Assembly (NCBI GenBank): GCA_964620965.1
Contig: CAZUHV010000003.1
Coordinates: 162,093-226,092 of the forward strand
DNA: 64,000 nucleotides
Direction: 5' to 3'
Origin: an uncultured Pseudomonadales bacterium
GTDB taxonomy: Bacteria > Patescibacteriota > Microgenomatia > UBA1400 > PJMF01
A program made the position numbers and the translations under genes. Of this stretch, positions 19,852 through 29,175 are shown in pieces. Position 1 is the stretch's first letter. Every line of letters begins with the position of its first letter. The notes under the pieces were generated by a model. That model saw only the letters and a list, made by a program, of their open reading frames with translations. It ran no database searches and was not told the origin of the DNA.

Positions 19852-20031
19852 ATGAAATTAGAAGAAACTTCTGCCCCCTACAGCAGAGAAACCCTTGAAA
19901 GGTTAATGAACGTGCTTAAGCAATATGAGGTTCTTCCTTGGCTTAATCCAGTCACTAATGCCATTAGCATTAAGGATTTTAATTTCGCCCAACATCGTCC
20001 CTTTACTCAAGGTCCCTGTCGAGAGGAATAA
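19852..20031 (+). CDS. Small ORF (59 aa) with a consensus SD
   Basis: CAGGAGGTG lies 6 nt upstream of the ATG; ORF MKLEETSAPYSRETLERLMNVLKQYEVLPWLNP...; sits 1 codon below the track cutoff. Confidence 0.4.
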   Translation: MKLEETSAPYSRETLERLMNVLKQYEVLPWLNPVTNAISIKDFNFAQHRPFTQGPCREE

Positions 20032-20047
20032 TGCTCAAATTGTTTTA

Positions 20048-20389
20048 TGGTATAATCCTCGAGATGGATAAAAACCTCACAACCACTACCACCACAACTA
20101 CAATCCCTGTTTAGGGTGTGGCTGATAGTGTTTGAAAACGAATCAGGAAGCCCCCTAAACAGGGGGCTTTTTTCTTTCATGCCCTGAATTTTTGAATAAA
20201 ATTCAGCTGGCATGAAATATGCAAAGCGCAGGACTCGATCTTTTTTGTTTAAAAAAGTCGCAGGTACGAAAGATGCAAAGCATGAAACAGATATACAAGA
20301 TAAAAAGTGGGAAGCAAAAAGTACATAAGAAACAAAATCGCTTCCCACAGACAAGAACAAACTATTATAATAAGGAAAAGAAAGACAAT
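20048..20389 (+). promoter_or_regulatory. thrS promoter and structured leader with terminator/antiterminator (attenuator)
   Basis: Extended -10 TGGTATAAT (20048-20056). CCCTGTTTAGGG (20104-20115) is exactly complementary to the 3' side of the 5' stem, the loop and the 5' side of the 3' stem of the terminator GCCCCCTAAACAGGGGGC-TTTTTT (20149-20172). A second hairpin lies at 20177-20213. Confidence 0.5.
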
Positions 20390-22159
20390 ATGAACGAACA
20401 ACATAATCAAGCAGAACTAGAAAAACTACGACATTCTGCAGCACATTTACTTGCGGCTGCAGTTTTAGAGTTATATCCAGAGGCTAAACTAACGATCGGG
20501 CCAGCAACAGAAGATGGGTTTTATTACGATTTTGATTTTGGGGATATTCAAATCAGCGATAAAGATTTTCAAGCAATAGAAAAAAAGATGAGGTTTCTTA
20601 GTAAAAGTTGGGGAAGTTTTGAGCGCCAAGAAATCTCTTCTCAAGAAGCATTAGAGCGTTACAAAGATAACGAATATAAAACAGAACTGGTTACAGACAT
20701 AGTTCAAGCTGGTGAACAGATTTCACTCTATAAATCTGGCAATTTTACTGATCTTTGTAGAGGTGGTCACATAGAAAAGCCAGCTGTGAGCTTGAAATAC
20801 TTTAAGTTGCTTTCAGTTGCAGGTGCCTACTGGCGTGGCAGTGAAGAAAATAAAATGCTGACTCGTATTTATGGAACAGCGTTTTTTAGTCAAGAAGAAC
20901 TTGATGCTTTTATCAAAATGAAAGAGGAAGCAAAAAACAGAGATCATAGAAAACTCGGTAAAGAGCTTGGTCTTTTTGTCTTTTCTGATACAGTCGGTAA
21001 AGGATTACCTCTATGGACAGCAAAGGGGGCAACGGTTCGTCGAGAACTTGAACGTTTTGTAACTGATGAAGAAATCAGAAGAGGTTACCAACATGTTATG
21101 ACTCCGGATATTGCTAATCTAGACCTCTACAAAAAATCTGGTCACTATCCGTATTACAAAGAAAGCATGTACGCGCCAATTCAAATTGAAGAAGAGGAAT
21201 ATATGCTTCGTCCAATGACTTGCCCACATCACTTTGAGTTATATAACGCACATCCACACTCATATAGGGAGCTTCCAATGCGTATTGCAGAACTCGCAAA
21301 GTTGTATCGTTTTGAGCGTTCTGGAGAGCTTTCTGGATTGATTAGGGTTCGAAGTTTTTGTTTAGCAGATTCACATATTGTTTGTATGAAATCTCAAGCA
21401 AAAGATGAGATTAACGGAGTTTTGGATTTAATTGAGTTTATGGGTAAAACATTTGGTTTAGAACCAGGCAAAGATCTTTCATACCGCTTATCTCTTGGAG
21501 ACAGAGCTGATGAAAAGAAATATTACAAAGATGACGCGTCATGGGATTTTGCAGAAAATGTTTTGCGTGAAGTTTTGGAAGAACGTGGTTCAAAATTTGT
21601 TGAAGCAGAACAAGAAGCTGCGTTTTATGGTCCAAAAATTGACGTTCAAATGAGAAATGTAAATGGCAAAGAAGACACTGCTTTTACTGTTCAGTATGAT
21701 TTTGTGATGCCAAAACGTTTTGATCTTAAGTATGTTAACGAACATGGTGAAGTTGAACAGCCAATCGTGATTCATCGTTCTTCTATTGGCGCAATCGAAA
21801 GAACACTCGCATTTTTAATAGAAAAATTTGCTGGAAAATTCCCGGTTTGGCTTGCTCCAACCCAAGTGAAAATCTTGCCTATATCAGATAAATTTAATGC
21901 TTATGCACAAGAACTCTATTCAAAGATGGTTCGGGAAAACATTAGGGTAGAAGTTGATGACAGATCAGAGCGTTTGCAAGCAAAAATTCGTGACGCGCAA
22001 ATGGAAAAAGTTCCATATATGCTAGTTGTTGGTGAAAAAGAAGCTGCAGAAGCTACCGTTACTGTTCGAAAACGAGATGGCAAAAACCAAGATGTTCAAC
22101 GAGTTGACGAGTTTATTGAATCAGTTAAGCAACAGATACGAGAGAGAAGCATAGAATAA
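20390..22159 (+). CDS. thrS: Threonyl-tRNA synthetase lacking the N-terminal TGS domain
   Basis: HSAAHLLAAAV editing-domain motif, class II catalytic core, C-terminal anticodon-binding domain. The real start is MNEQHN with AAGGAA upstream; the first 57 codons of the track ORF are leader. Confidence 0.9.
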   Translation: MNEQHNQAELEKLRHSAAHLLAAAVLELYPEAKLTIGPATEDGFYYDFDFGDIQISDKDFQAIEKKMRFLSKSWGSFERQEISSQEALERYKDNEYKTELVTDIVQAGEQISLYKSGNFTDLCRGGHIEKPAVSLKYFKLLSVAGAYWRGSEENKMLTRIYGTAFFSQEELDAFIKMKEEAKNRDHRKLGKELGLFVFSDTVGKGLPLWTAKGATVRRELERFVTDEEIRRGYQHVMTPDIANLDLYKKSGHYPYYKESMYAPIQIEEEEYMLRPMTCPHHFELYNAHPHSYRELPMRIAELAKLYRFERSGELSGLIRVRSFCLADSHIVCMKSQAKDEINGVLDLIEFMGKTFGLEPGKDLSYRLSLGDRADEKKYYKDDASWDFAENVLREVLEERGSKFVEAEQEAAFYGPKIDVQMRNVNGKEDTAFTVQYDFVMPKRFDLKYVNEHGEVEQPIVIHRSSIGAIERTLAFLIEKFAGKFPVWLAPTQVKILPISDKFNAYAQELYSKMVRENIRVEVDDRSERLQAKIRDAQMEKVPYMLVVGEKEAAEATVTVRKRDGKNQDVQRVDEFIESVKQQIRERSIE

Positions 22160-22181
22160 CTGTAATTAACAGGTATTTTTA

Positions 22182-24824
22182 CTACATTATCTTTCGAATT
22201 ATAGTAACTTTAGAGATTTCCTCAACTATTGGGGCAAGTAAAGATACTACAATTGCGATAGCAAGCAATTCTGCACTTAAATGCACGGTTTTAAAGATGT
22301 CTCCACCAAGATATACGACGGACAAGGTAACTGCTGTACCAAAAATCACAGAACCTGGAATCCACTTGTTTTTACTTAGACCAATACTGAACAGAGATTT
22401 ATCAATGGATCGTGCTGTAAAAGCTCTAAAAAGCTCTGTCATAGATAAGGTAACAAATGCCATTGTTTGTGCTGTTGCTGTTGAGATTTCTAATCCTACA
22501 AAGTAAGAGACCATAACAGCGAAAGTCGCCACAACTGTCATCAGTCCAATGTTAAACCACATTGGTTTTGTAATAATAGATTCATCTTTCTTTCTTGGAG
22601 GAAGATTCATGAGTGTTTCGTCACCTGGCTCTCTAGACATTGCAATAGCTGGGGCAGCATCTGTAACAATGTTTAAAAGAAGCAACATAACTGCTGTTAA
22701 AGGAATTGGTACACCAATAATTGTTGCAGCAACAAAAATTCCGATTTCGGCGAAGTTACAGCTTAAGAGGTAACTCACGAATAAACGAATTCTTTGCAGA
22801 ATAAATCTACCTTCTTTGATTGCTTCAACTAAGGTGCTATAGTTGTCGTCAAGTAAGACCAAGTCAGCTGCAGATTTAGTAACATCACTTCCTCTTTTTC
22901 CCATAGCCACTCCAACATGTGCGGCTTTTAGGGAAGGTGCGTCGTTAACTCCGTCTCCAACCATAGCAACGAGATATCCTGCGTTTTGGAACAAGTCAAC
23001 AATATACGATTTGTGACTTGGAGAAACTCTGGCAAAAATTCGTGCCCCAAGAATGTCATTTTTTCTATTCTCTGCAATAGCTTCATCAAGTTCTGCACCA
23101 GACATGACGATATGTTTTTGTTTTGCTTCTTGTTTACTGATGAGTCCAACCATAAGTCCAATTGTTTTTGCAGTTACTGGGTTATCACCGGTCATCATGA
23201 TTGGTTGAATTCCAGCTTTTCTTGCAAGTTCAATTGCTTCTGGAACTTCCTTTTTAGCTGGATCACTGAGGCCAATCAAACCAATAAGAGTGAGATTATT
23301 TTCAATACTATTACGTTTATCCGTCTTTTTGAAAGAATGTAGCGTTCTTTCTGCAAGCGCTATTACACGCAGTCCTTTTGAAGTCATTTCAAGTAGTTGT
23401 TCTTCGACTTTTTTCTTTGCTTCTGGGCTAAGTTTAACAGCTTCTGATTGCGCATTAAAATAGTGAGTAGTATAGCTTAAAAGAATGTCTGGGGCACCTT
23501 TTGTTGCTACGAAAAATGTTTCTTTTTTACTTTTAGAGTTGGAAGAATAGTTGTGAACAGTAGACATTCTCTTGAAGGAACTATTGAACTCATACTCAAA
23601 AACTTTTGGCAAATCAGGTATTTCTGCAGCACTTTCTTCCACCCAATTCAGGATAGCAATATCGGTTGGATTAGAATTTGTATTACAAAGTTTAGCAACT
23701 CGTAGTAGTTGCCCCAAAAGGGGAGAAGCGTGTTTTTCTTGTTGCTTTTTTGAGGCTAATAAATCTGTTGTCCATGTTTCTGTCACAGACATTGAACCGG
23801 TGGTAAGAGTTCCTGTTTTATCAGTTAAAATAACAGAAACACTACCGAGTGCCTCAACTGCTTTGAGTTTTCTTACAAGCGCATTTTTCTTAACCATTAC
23901 TTGAGTTCCAAAGGCCAAACAGATTGTGATAACAGCAGGTAAACCTTCTGGCACAGCCGCAATTGCCAGAGCAACAGACTCAATGAGAGCTTCTAAAAAG
24001 TGTTCACCTCGAACAAAAACATTTAAAAAGAGAACAATTGTTACCATACCAATGAGTACGGTGCTCAAGAATTTTCCAAGTTTTTCTAATTGTTGCTCTA
24101 GTGGAGTAGGTTCAGATTCGGTGTCTTTAAGGAGTTTTGCGATTTTACCAAGTTCGGTTTCCATTCCTGTAGCAGCTACAACGGCACTGAGTTTGCCTTC
24201 AAGTAGTAGGGTACCACTGTAGGCCATGTTGTTTCGTTCTGCCAATGGGGTATTTTCTTCGAGTACACCACCTCTTTTACTACAAGGTAATGATTCACCT
24301 GTTAGGGTAGACTCATCTATAGTACAGTTTTGTGCTTCAATAATTCTGATATCAGCAGGAATGCCGTCACCAGCCTTCAGCTCGACAATATCTCCAACAA
24401 CAACATCTCTAGTGTTAATAGTGATAAATTTTCCATCACGAAGAACTGTGGTACTATGAGATTCAAGTTTTTTGAGGTTTTTGAGTGATTCTTCCGCCTT
24501 TGCGTCTTGGATATAGCCAAGAATTGCCATAAAAAGGATGATAGCAATGATTAAAATTCCATCAATGAGTTCTCCAGCGAGTATAGAGATAATAGCTCCA
24601 ACTATTAGAATCCAGACAAGATAGTTGTTAAATTGTTCAAGTAGTTTTTTCCACCAAGGTACTGATTCTTGTTCTTCTATTTCGTTGAATCCGTGCTTTT
24701 CTTGAAGCGCGGTAGATTGTTGGGAGGTCAATCCAGTTTTTTCTGAAGTTTTGAGATCAGAAAGTACTACATTTATTTTTAGATTATGGAAATTTTTGTG
24801 CATTGTAACTTCTGATTCTAGCAT
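22182..24824 (-). CDS. P-type cation-transporting ATPase (P2-type, Ca2+/Mg2+-like)
   Basis: DKTGTLT phosphorylation motif, MMTGDN, VAMVGDGVNDAPSLKAA, about 10 TM helices. The start could also be Met8 (24803). Confidence 0.85.
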   Translation of the reverse strand: MLESEVTMHKNFHNLKINVVLSDLKTSEKTGLTSQQSTALQEKHGFNEIEEQESVPWWKKLLEQFNNYLVWILIVGAIISILAGELIDGILIIAIILFMAILGYIQDAKAEESLKNLKKLESHSTTVLRDGKFITINTRDVVVGDIVELKAGDGIPADIRIIEAQNCTIDESTLTGESLPCSKRGGVLEENTPLAERNNMAYSGTLLLEGKLSAVVAATGMETELGKIAKLLKDTESEPTPLEQQLEKLGKFLSTVLIGMVTIVLFLNVFVRGEHFLEALIESVALAIAAVPEGLPAVITICLAFGTQVMVKKNALVRKLKAVEALGSVSVILTDKTGTLTTGSMSVTETWTTDLLASKKQQEKHASPLLGQLLRVAKLCNTNSNPTDIAILNWVEESAAEIPDLPKVFEYEFNSSFKRMSTVHNYSSNSKSKKETFFVATKGAPDILLSYTTHYFNAQSEAVKLSPEAKKKVEEQLLEMTSKGLRVIALAERTLHSFKKTDKRNSIENNLTLIGLIGLSDPAKKEVPEAIELARKAGIQPIMMTGDNPVTAKTIGLMVGLISKQEAKQKHIVMSGAELDEAIAENRKNDILGARIFARVSPSHKSYIVDLFQNAGYLVAMVGDGVNDAPSLKAAHVGVAMGKRGSDVTKSAADLVLLDDNYSTLVEAIKEGRFILQRIRLFVSYLLSCNFAEIGIFVAATIIGVPIPLTAVMLLLLNIVTDAAPAIAMSREPGDETLMNLPPRKKDESIITKPMWFNIGLMTVVATFAVMVSYFVGLEISTATAQTMAFVTLSMTELFRAFTARSIDKSLFSIGLSKNKWIPGSVIFGTAVTLSVVYLGGDIFKTVHLSAELLAIAIVVSLLAPIVEEISKVTIIRKIM

Positions 24825-24899
24825 GTTTTGGTCGAGTAGAGAATAAGAATAAAATTATGACAAAACCAGAAAAAATGCGAAAAATAAGAAAAGGGCAAC

Positions 24900-24950
24900 A
24901 AAAAGCCCTGTCAGACTTTTATTATTTTAGAGTCTGACAGGGCTTCTATT
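24900..24950 (-). terminator. Terminator downstream of rplA
   Basis: Perfect 13-bp inverted repeat AGCCCTGTCAGACT ... AGTCTGACAGGGCT followed by a T-run on the minus strand. Confidence 0.65.
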
Positions 24951-24982
24951 TTCTGTGTAAGTACTGTTTGTACCAAGAAAAA

Positions 24983-25690
24983 TTATCTTGTAATTTCTAG
25001 TTTTACACTAGGGCTCATGGTTGCTGAGATTGTTGCAGATTGGAGTTTTCCTTTTGCAATGGTCAATAAAGCTTCAATATTTTCAACCAAAGCTTTGTCA
25101 TCCATAGAAACTTTACCAACTGTAACGTGAATTACAGGGTTTTTCTTCTCGGTTTTGAGTTCGAATGTACCTCTTTCTAATTCAGCTTTTTTGATTTCTG
25201 GTTTTGGAGTAACTGTACCATTCTTTGGATTAGGCATTAATCCTTTTGGACCTAAAACTCTAGCAAATTTAGCGAGTTTTGGCATGTATTGTGGAGTTGT
25301 GACTAATGCGTCAAATTCGATAGTACCAGCTTCGATTTCTGCTAATAGAGCATCATCAACGATAGCAACTCTAATTGATTTTCCTGTTGAGTGAGGAAGT
25401 GTGAGGGAAGCAACTTTTCCAGCTTCTTTGACAACTCCATCCAATGTGATTGTGCCGTCAAATTTTGTGTAGGAAAGTTTTTTGATGATTGCGACTGCTT
25501 CAGCAGTTGTGTATTTTCTTGTTTTATCAACTTGAGATCTGGTCTTAGCATATTTTCTGCTTCTGACTTTTTTGGAAGTAACAAGAGCTTCTTTTTTGGA
25601 AGTTTCTGTTCCTTCTACTGATTCAGCTGTTTCAACAACTTTTACTGTGTCTTGTGCCGCACTCATGTCGACATTTTTTTTGGAACCCAT
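24983..25690 (-). CDS. rplA: 50S ribosomal protein L1 with a Lys/Glu-rich N-terminal extension
   Basis: FARVLGPKGLMPNPKNGTVT L1 signature. Start chosen at MGSKK with a GGAGAGAAAGGAA RBS; the track ORF is longer. Confidence 0.85.
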   Translation of the reverse strand: MGSKKNVDMSAAQDTVKVVETAESVEGTETSKKEALVTSKKVRSRKYAKTRSQVDKTRKYTTAEAVAIIKKLSYTKFDGTITLDGVVKEAGKVASLTLPHSTGKSIRVAIVDDALLAEIEAGTIEFDALVTTPQYMPKLAKFARVLGPKGLMPNPKNGTVTPKPEIKKAELERGTFELKTEKKNPVIHVTVGKVSMDDKALVENIEALLTIAKGKLQSATISATMSPSVKLEITR

Positions 25691-25880
25691 ATAGGTTTTC
25701 CTTTCTCTCCTGCAATAGATTTTTTCGGGGTAGTTTTTACCCTTATTGTGAAGATTCACAACTTTTATAAAGCAGTAGTATTGATACTTAGTGGGATTGC
25801 TCCCAGTTGGGGGTTACCCCCCAGTTTTAATTTGTACGCACTTATTGAGCTGTATGCTTTTTTATGCGTATTTTTTTAAC

Positions 25881-26306
25881 TTACTCAGCGATTTTAACGC
25901 CCATACTTCTTGCTGCACCGGCAACTGTTTTCATTGCGGCATCAATATTGTTGGTGTTAAGATCTGGCATCTTTTCTTCAGCAATAGCACGAAGTTGGTC
26001 TTGAGTTAAGGTTCCAACGACAGCTTTTCCTGTGGTTGCACTTCCACTTTTGAGTTTTAAAGCTTGTTTGATCATTGCTGATACTGGTGGAAGTTTTAAA
26101 ACAAAAGAGAAAGATCTGTCTGCATAAACAGTGATTTCTGCAGGAATAACTTGACCTCTTTTATCTGATGTTTTGTCATTATATTGTTTCAAGAAGTCCA
26201 TCATGTTAATACCTGCTTGACCTAAAATAGGACCGACTGGAGGAGCTGGAGTAGCGCTTCCTGCTGGGAGGTTTAACTTAAGAACGTTAATTATTTTTTT
26301 TGCCAT
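25881..26306 (-). CDS. rplK: 50S ribosomal protein L11
   Basis: [22 protein letters not shown]11 N-terminal motif. Confidence 0.9.
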   Translation of the reverse strand: MAKKIINVLKLNLPAGSATPAPPVGPILGQAGINMMDFLKQYNDKTSDKRGQVIPAEITVYADRSFSFVLKLPPVSAMIKQALKLKSGSATTGKAVVGTLTQDQLRAIAEEKMPDLNTNNIDAAMKTVAGAARSMGVKIAE

Positions 26307-26377
26307 ACTTTTTTCGCCGCACTTTTGTATTGTTTATTTGCGCGTACGCCTTCTAATTTTCTTTATTTCTAATTTTT

Positions 26378-26998
26378 TTAAACTTTCTTTACTTGTAAAA
26401 AGTCGAGTGTAACTGGAGTTTCTCGGCCGAAAATATTAACTAACACTTCAACTTGACCTTTTTCTTCATCAATAGAGTTAACGGTTCCCAAAAAGTCATT
26501 AAATGGACCATCAACGATTTTGACAGCTTCACCTTCTGAGTAATCAGCCTTGTATGAAGGAGCAGCTTGTGTCATGTATTTTCTAATTGCTTCAACTTCG
26601 TGTTTTGGAAGTGGAGTTGGTTTATTTCCAACACCAACAAATCCGGTGACACCCTGAGTTGTTCTAACTGCTAACCAAGAATTGTCGGTAAGTTCCATTT
26701 GAACGAGCATGTATCCTGGAAAAATTTTCTCAGTAACATTTTTTCTTTGGCCACGTTTAATTTGGATTTTTTCTTGGGTAGGAATCAAAACAGAAATGAT
26801 TTTGTCGGTTAAGTCTAAGGTTTCTGCACGTTGTTTTAGTGCTTCTGCGACCTTGTTTTCATGACCAGAATAAGTGTGAACAACATACCAACGAGCTTTT
26901 CTGTTTTCAGTGTTAGAGATAATAACAAGGTTAGGGGTTTGTACCTTAACTTCTTGAACCTCTGGAGCTTCTAGTGGTTGTTGCATTTGGTCTGTCAT
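26378..26998 (-). CDS. nusG: Transcription termination/antitermination factor NusG with an N-terminal extension of about 30 aa
   Basis: NGN domain (WYVVHTYSGHENKV) and C-terminal KOW (GEAVKIVDGPFNDFLGTV). Confidence 0.85.
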   Translation of the reverse strand: MTDQMQQPLEAPEVQEVKVQTPNLVIISNTENRKARWYVVHTYSGHENKVAEALKQRAETLDLTDKIISVLIPTQEKIQIKRGQRKNVTEKIFPGYMLVQMELTDNSWLAVRTTQGVTGFVGVGNKPTPLPKHEVEAIRKYMTQAAPSYKADYSEGEAVKIVDGPFNDFLGTVNSIDEEKGQVEVLVNIFGRETPVTLDFLQVKKV

Positions 26999-27045
26999 AT
27001 TCTGTAATTTCTCTATTTTCTTCTTTTTTTTAATATATACAATTT

Positions 27046-27225
27046 TTATAAAACTGCGGACAACAATTTTTGAAAGACTGTGTCGAGTAGTGCTATGTAT
27101 AAGCCAATTGCGATACTAACACCAATAACAAGGAGTGTCATATCTTGAGTTTGTTTTCTTGTAGGCCAAGTAACTTTCTTGGTTTCTCTCACAACTTCTT
27201 GAATGAAATTGACTGGACTTAGCAT
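27046..27225 (-). CDS. secE: Preprotein translocase subunit SecE (59 aa)
   Basis: Not in the ORF track. The hand translation MLSPVNFIQEVVRETKKVTWPTRKQTQDMTLLVIGVSIAIGLYIALLDTVFQKLLSAVL has the typical SecE KVTWPTRKE motif plus a single TM helix. Position upstream of nusG fits. Confidence 0.75.
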   Translation of the reverse strand: MLSPVNFIQEVVRETKKVTWPTRKQTQDMTLLVIGVSIAIGLYIALLDTVFQKLLSAVL

Positions 27226-27239
27226 AGGCAGGTATTGTA

Positions 27240-29021
27240 TCAGGCTTTAGGTTGATTTTCAAGCGTTTTTAATAATTCTTTAGCTTTTTCTGATCCCTGA
27301 GGGGTACCTGGCTTTACAGCATAGGTTTGTACATCGATCTTCCTATCCTCAGTATGTGGATGGTATGTAACTGAACTACCAGGCTTTCTAAGTTTACTCA
27401 TAACTGCAAAGAGTATAGAGAGGACCAAAAGCAAAATGCCGACTAAGATAATAAAGAATGGAAGTTTTGATTCTGGATTTTGAATGAGGTTTTTAACCAG
27501 TCCCCAGAGTGTTTCGTCTGCCTCGTAGGAATCATCATATACTTTTTTCTCTACAAGCGCATTACCTTGCTCATTAAACTCAGTTGCATTTTCTACAGTC
27601 TTATCACCTTTGAGTGGAGTGTCAGAGTCTGCAACTTCTGCAGCATTGCTTGCATCAGTAACTTTATTTGAGTATGCATTAGAAACAGTTTCTTGAGTTG
27701 TTGCGCTACAAGAGGTGCTACTAACATTTGTTGCTAAACGGCATTGTCCCTCATAACAGCGTAAGTTAACTGCACAGTCTCTATTCGTAGAACAGGTTTC
27801 ATTACAGCTTTGAATAACGGCAGCTGTTTGTTGGGCAGTTGGGTTGGCACAACGATAATCTTGAGGGTTTTGAGGGTTTCTACAAAAGCTTTCATAGCAG
27901 GTTAAACCAGCAACACATTCAGAATTGCTTGTACAGTATTGGTTACAGCTTCGTAATGTAGTTTGTGTTGTTCCTGAACCAGTATCACTAGAGCCTCCAC
28001 CATTGTTCCCACCTCCAGTATTGCCACTAGATTCTTGGCAAGAAGAACTGCTTGGATTTATAGCAAGTCTACATAGTTTTTGGCCTCCAGTTGCATAGCA
28101 GCGCATGCCAACTTCACAGTCTCTGTTACTGGTACAGGTTTCGTTACATCCTTGTACTGGTGGAACAGTAGGTGTTGGGGTAGGAGATGGAGTTATTGTT
28201 GGAGTAGGGGTAGGTGTCCCAGATGGAGGAGGCGTTGTTCCAGGATTATTTGCACAAGTTGTGCCATTCCAACATTTACTTGCTCCACAATCACAACTGT
28301 CTGTGAGTACGTCAAGACAGGCTTGTTCTGAGACCAATGACCAACAGTTGTCTGCACAGCTATTTGGGAATTCTTTCCATGTTCCTCCAGAATTTTTACA
28401 TGCGGTTTGAGTATCAGAACCTGTAGAACCGGTTATTTCATATTCAAGCCCAGTTGGAACAGTTAATTGGACAGCAAGGTTTAAGGTATCTGCATAGGTT
28501 CTGTCTGGATCGAAAGTAATTTGGAGTTTACCAGGTTTTCTTGGAACCAGTTTAAGTCTAATAAGCGATTTATCTGATGGTTCAACGAGCCAATCTAAAT
28601 TATTTTTAACTGCTGTGACTTTAACTAAATATCCATCAGAAATTTTCTGAACTTCAATTTCTTTTGCATCAAAACCAGATCCTTGATTTACAATTACCTC
28701 TGGGGTATCTAGGTCTTTATTTGTTATGTTAAAAACTGCATATACGTGTGTAAAAGTATAATTAGCACTATTGAGGTTAAAGGCAACTTCTCCAGTTTTA
28801 TTAACTTCAAATTTTGTCCTTAGTTCTGCAGATATACCAGGTTTAGCAACAGTATCAGCAGTTTTAGCTTCACTTCTTGTATCCTGAGAAGTTTCTAGAG
28901 GTTTTTGGATAAATAAGAGTCCAATGATACCTGCTGCAACTAATAAAGCTCCGATATATGGAACTAAGTTTTTAAAATTTTCTAGGAGTGTTTGAAATAC
29001 TGAATTTGCTTTTTTCATCAA
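27240..29021 (-). CDS. Cell-surface protein: N-terminal signal anchor, beta-rich domain, Pro/Thr linker, three tandem six-Cys modules, C-terminal TM anchor
   Basis: TPTPTPTITPSPTPTPT linker; three copies of CN(E/Q)xC(T/S)xN(R/S)(D/E)C...RCY...C; hydrophobic C-terminal helix plus a basic tail. It lies 14 nt upstream of secE. Confidence 0.6.
   Translation of the reverse strand: MMKKANSVFQTLLENFKNLVPYIGALLVAAGIIGLLFIQKPLETSQDTRSEAKTADTVAKPGISAELRTKFEVNKTGEVAFNLNSANYTFTHVYAVFNITNKDLDTPEVIVNQGSGFDAKEIEVQKISDGYLVKVTAVKNNLDWLVEPSDKSLIRLKLVPRKPGKLQITFDPDRTYADTLNLAVQLTVPTGLEYEITGSTGSDTQTACKNSGGTWKEFPNSCADNCWSLVSEQACLDVLTDSCDCGASKCWNGTTCANNPGTTPPPSGTPTPTPTITPSPTPTPTVPPVQGCNETCTSNRDCEVGMRCYATGGQKLCRLAINPSSSSCQESSGNTGGGNNGGGSSDTGSGTTQTTLRSCNQYCTSNSECVAGLTCYESFCRNPQNPQDYRCANPTAQQTAAVIQSCNETCSTNRDCAVNLRCYEGQCRLATNVSSTSCSATTQETVSNAYSNKVTDASNAAEVADSDTPLKGDKTVENATEFNEQGNALVEKKVYDDSYEADETLWGLVKNLIQNPESKLPFFIILVGILLLVLSILFAVMSKLRKPGSSVTYHPHTEDRKIDVQTYAVKPGTPQGSEKAKELLKTLENQPKA
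27711..28148 (-). repeat. Three tandem coding repeats (about 35-45 aa, six-Cys modules) inside the surface-protein gene
   Basis: Protein-level repeats at residues about 292-328, 359-391 and 406-437. Confidence 0.5.
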
Positions 29022-29175
29022 TACTTTAGTATAGACATATTTTTATATTCAAGCAATATGTTTCTTAAGGCTAAACTTGGGTACTACATTAAATATGAAA
29101 AAGTATGAAGATTTTTTGCTGTGTGATACACTAGTGATACATGTATTGTATAAATCAAATAGATTTAAGGGAGAC

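Noticed and set aside
20219-20389. N-terminal 57 codons of the track ThrRS ORF
   Set aside because: They contain the leader hairpins and terminator and lack an RBS. ThrRS homology begins at MNEQHN (20390), which has an AAGGAA upstream.
20048-20389. Firm call of a T-box riboswitch on the thrS leader
   Set aside because: The conserved T-box sequence (AGGGUGGNACCGCG) and the Stem I AGAGA/specifier features are not clearly identifiable by eye. It is kept only as a generic attenuator pending a covariance-model search.
28080-28410. Two plus-strand ORFs (83 and 101 aa) with GVGVG/Cys-rich translations
   Set aside because: They are antisense shadows of the Pro/Thr linker and Cys-repeat region of the minus-strand surface-protein gene, with no RBS.
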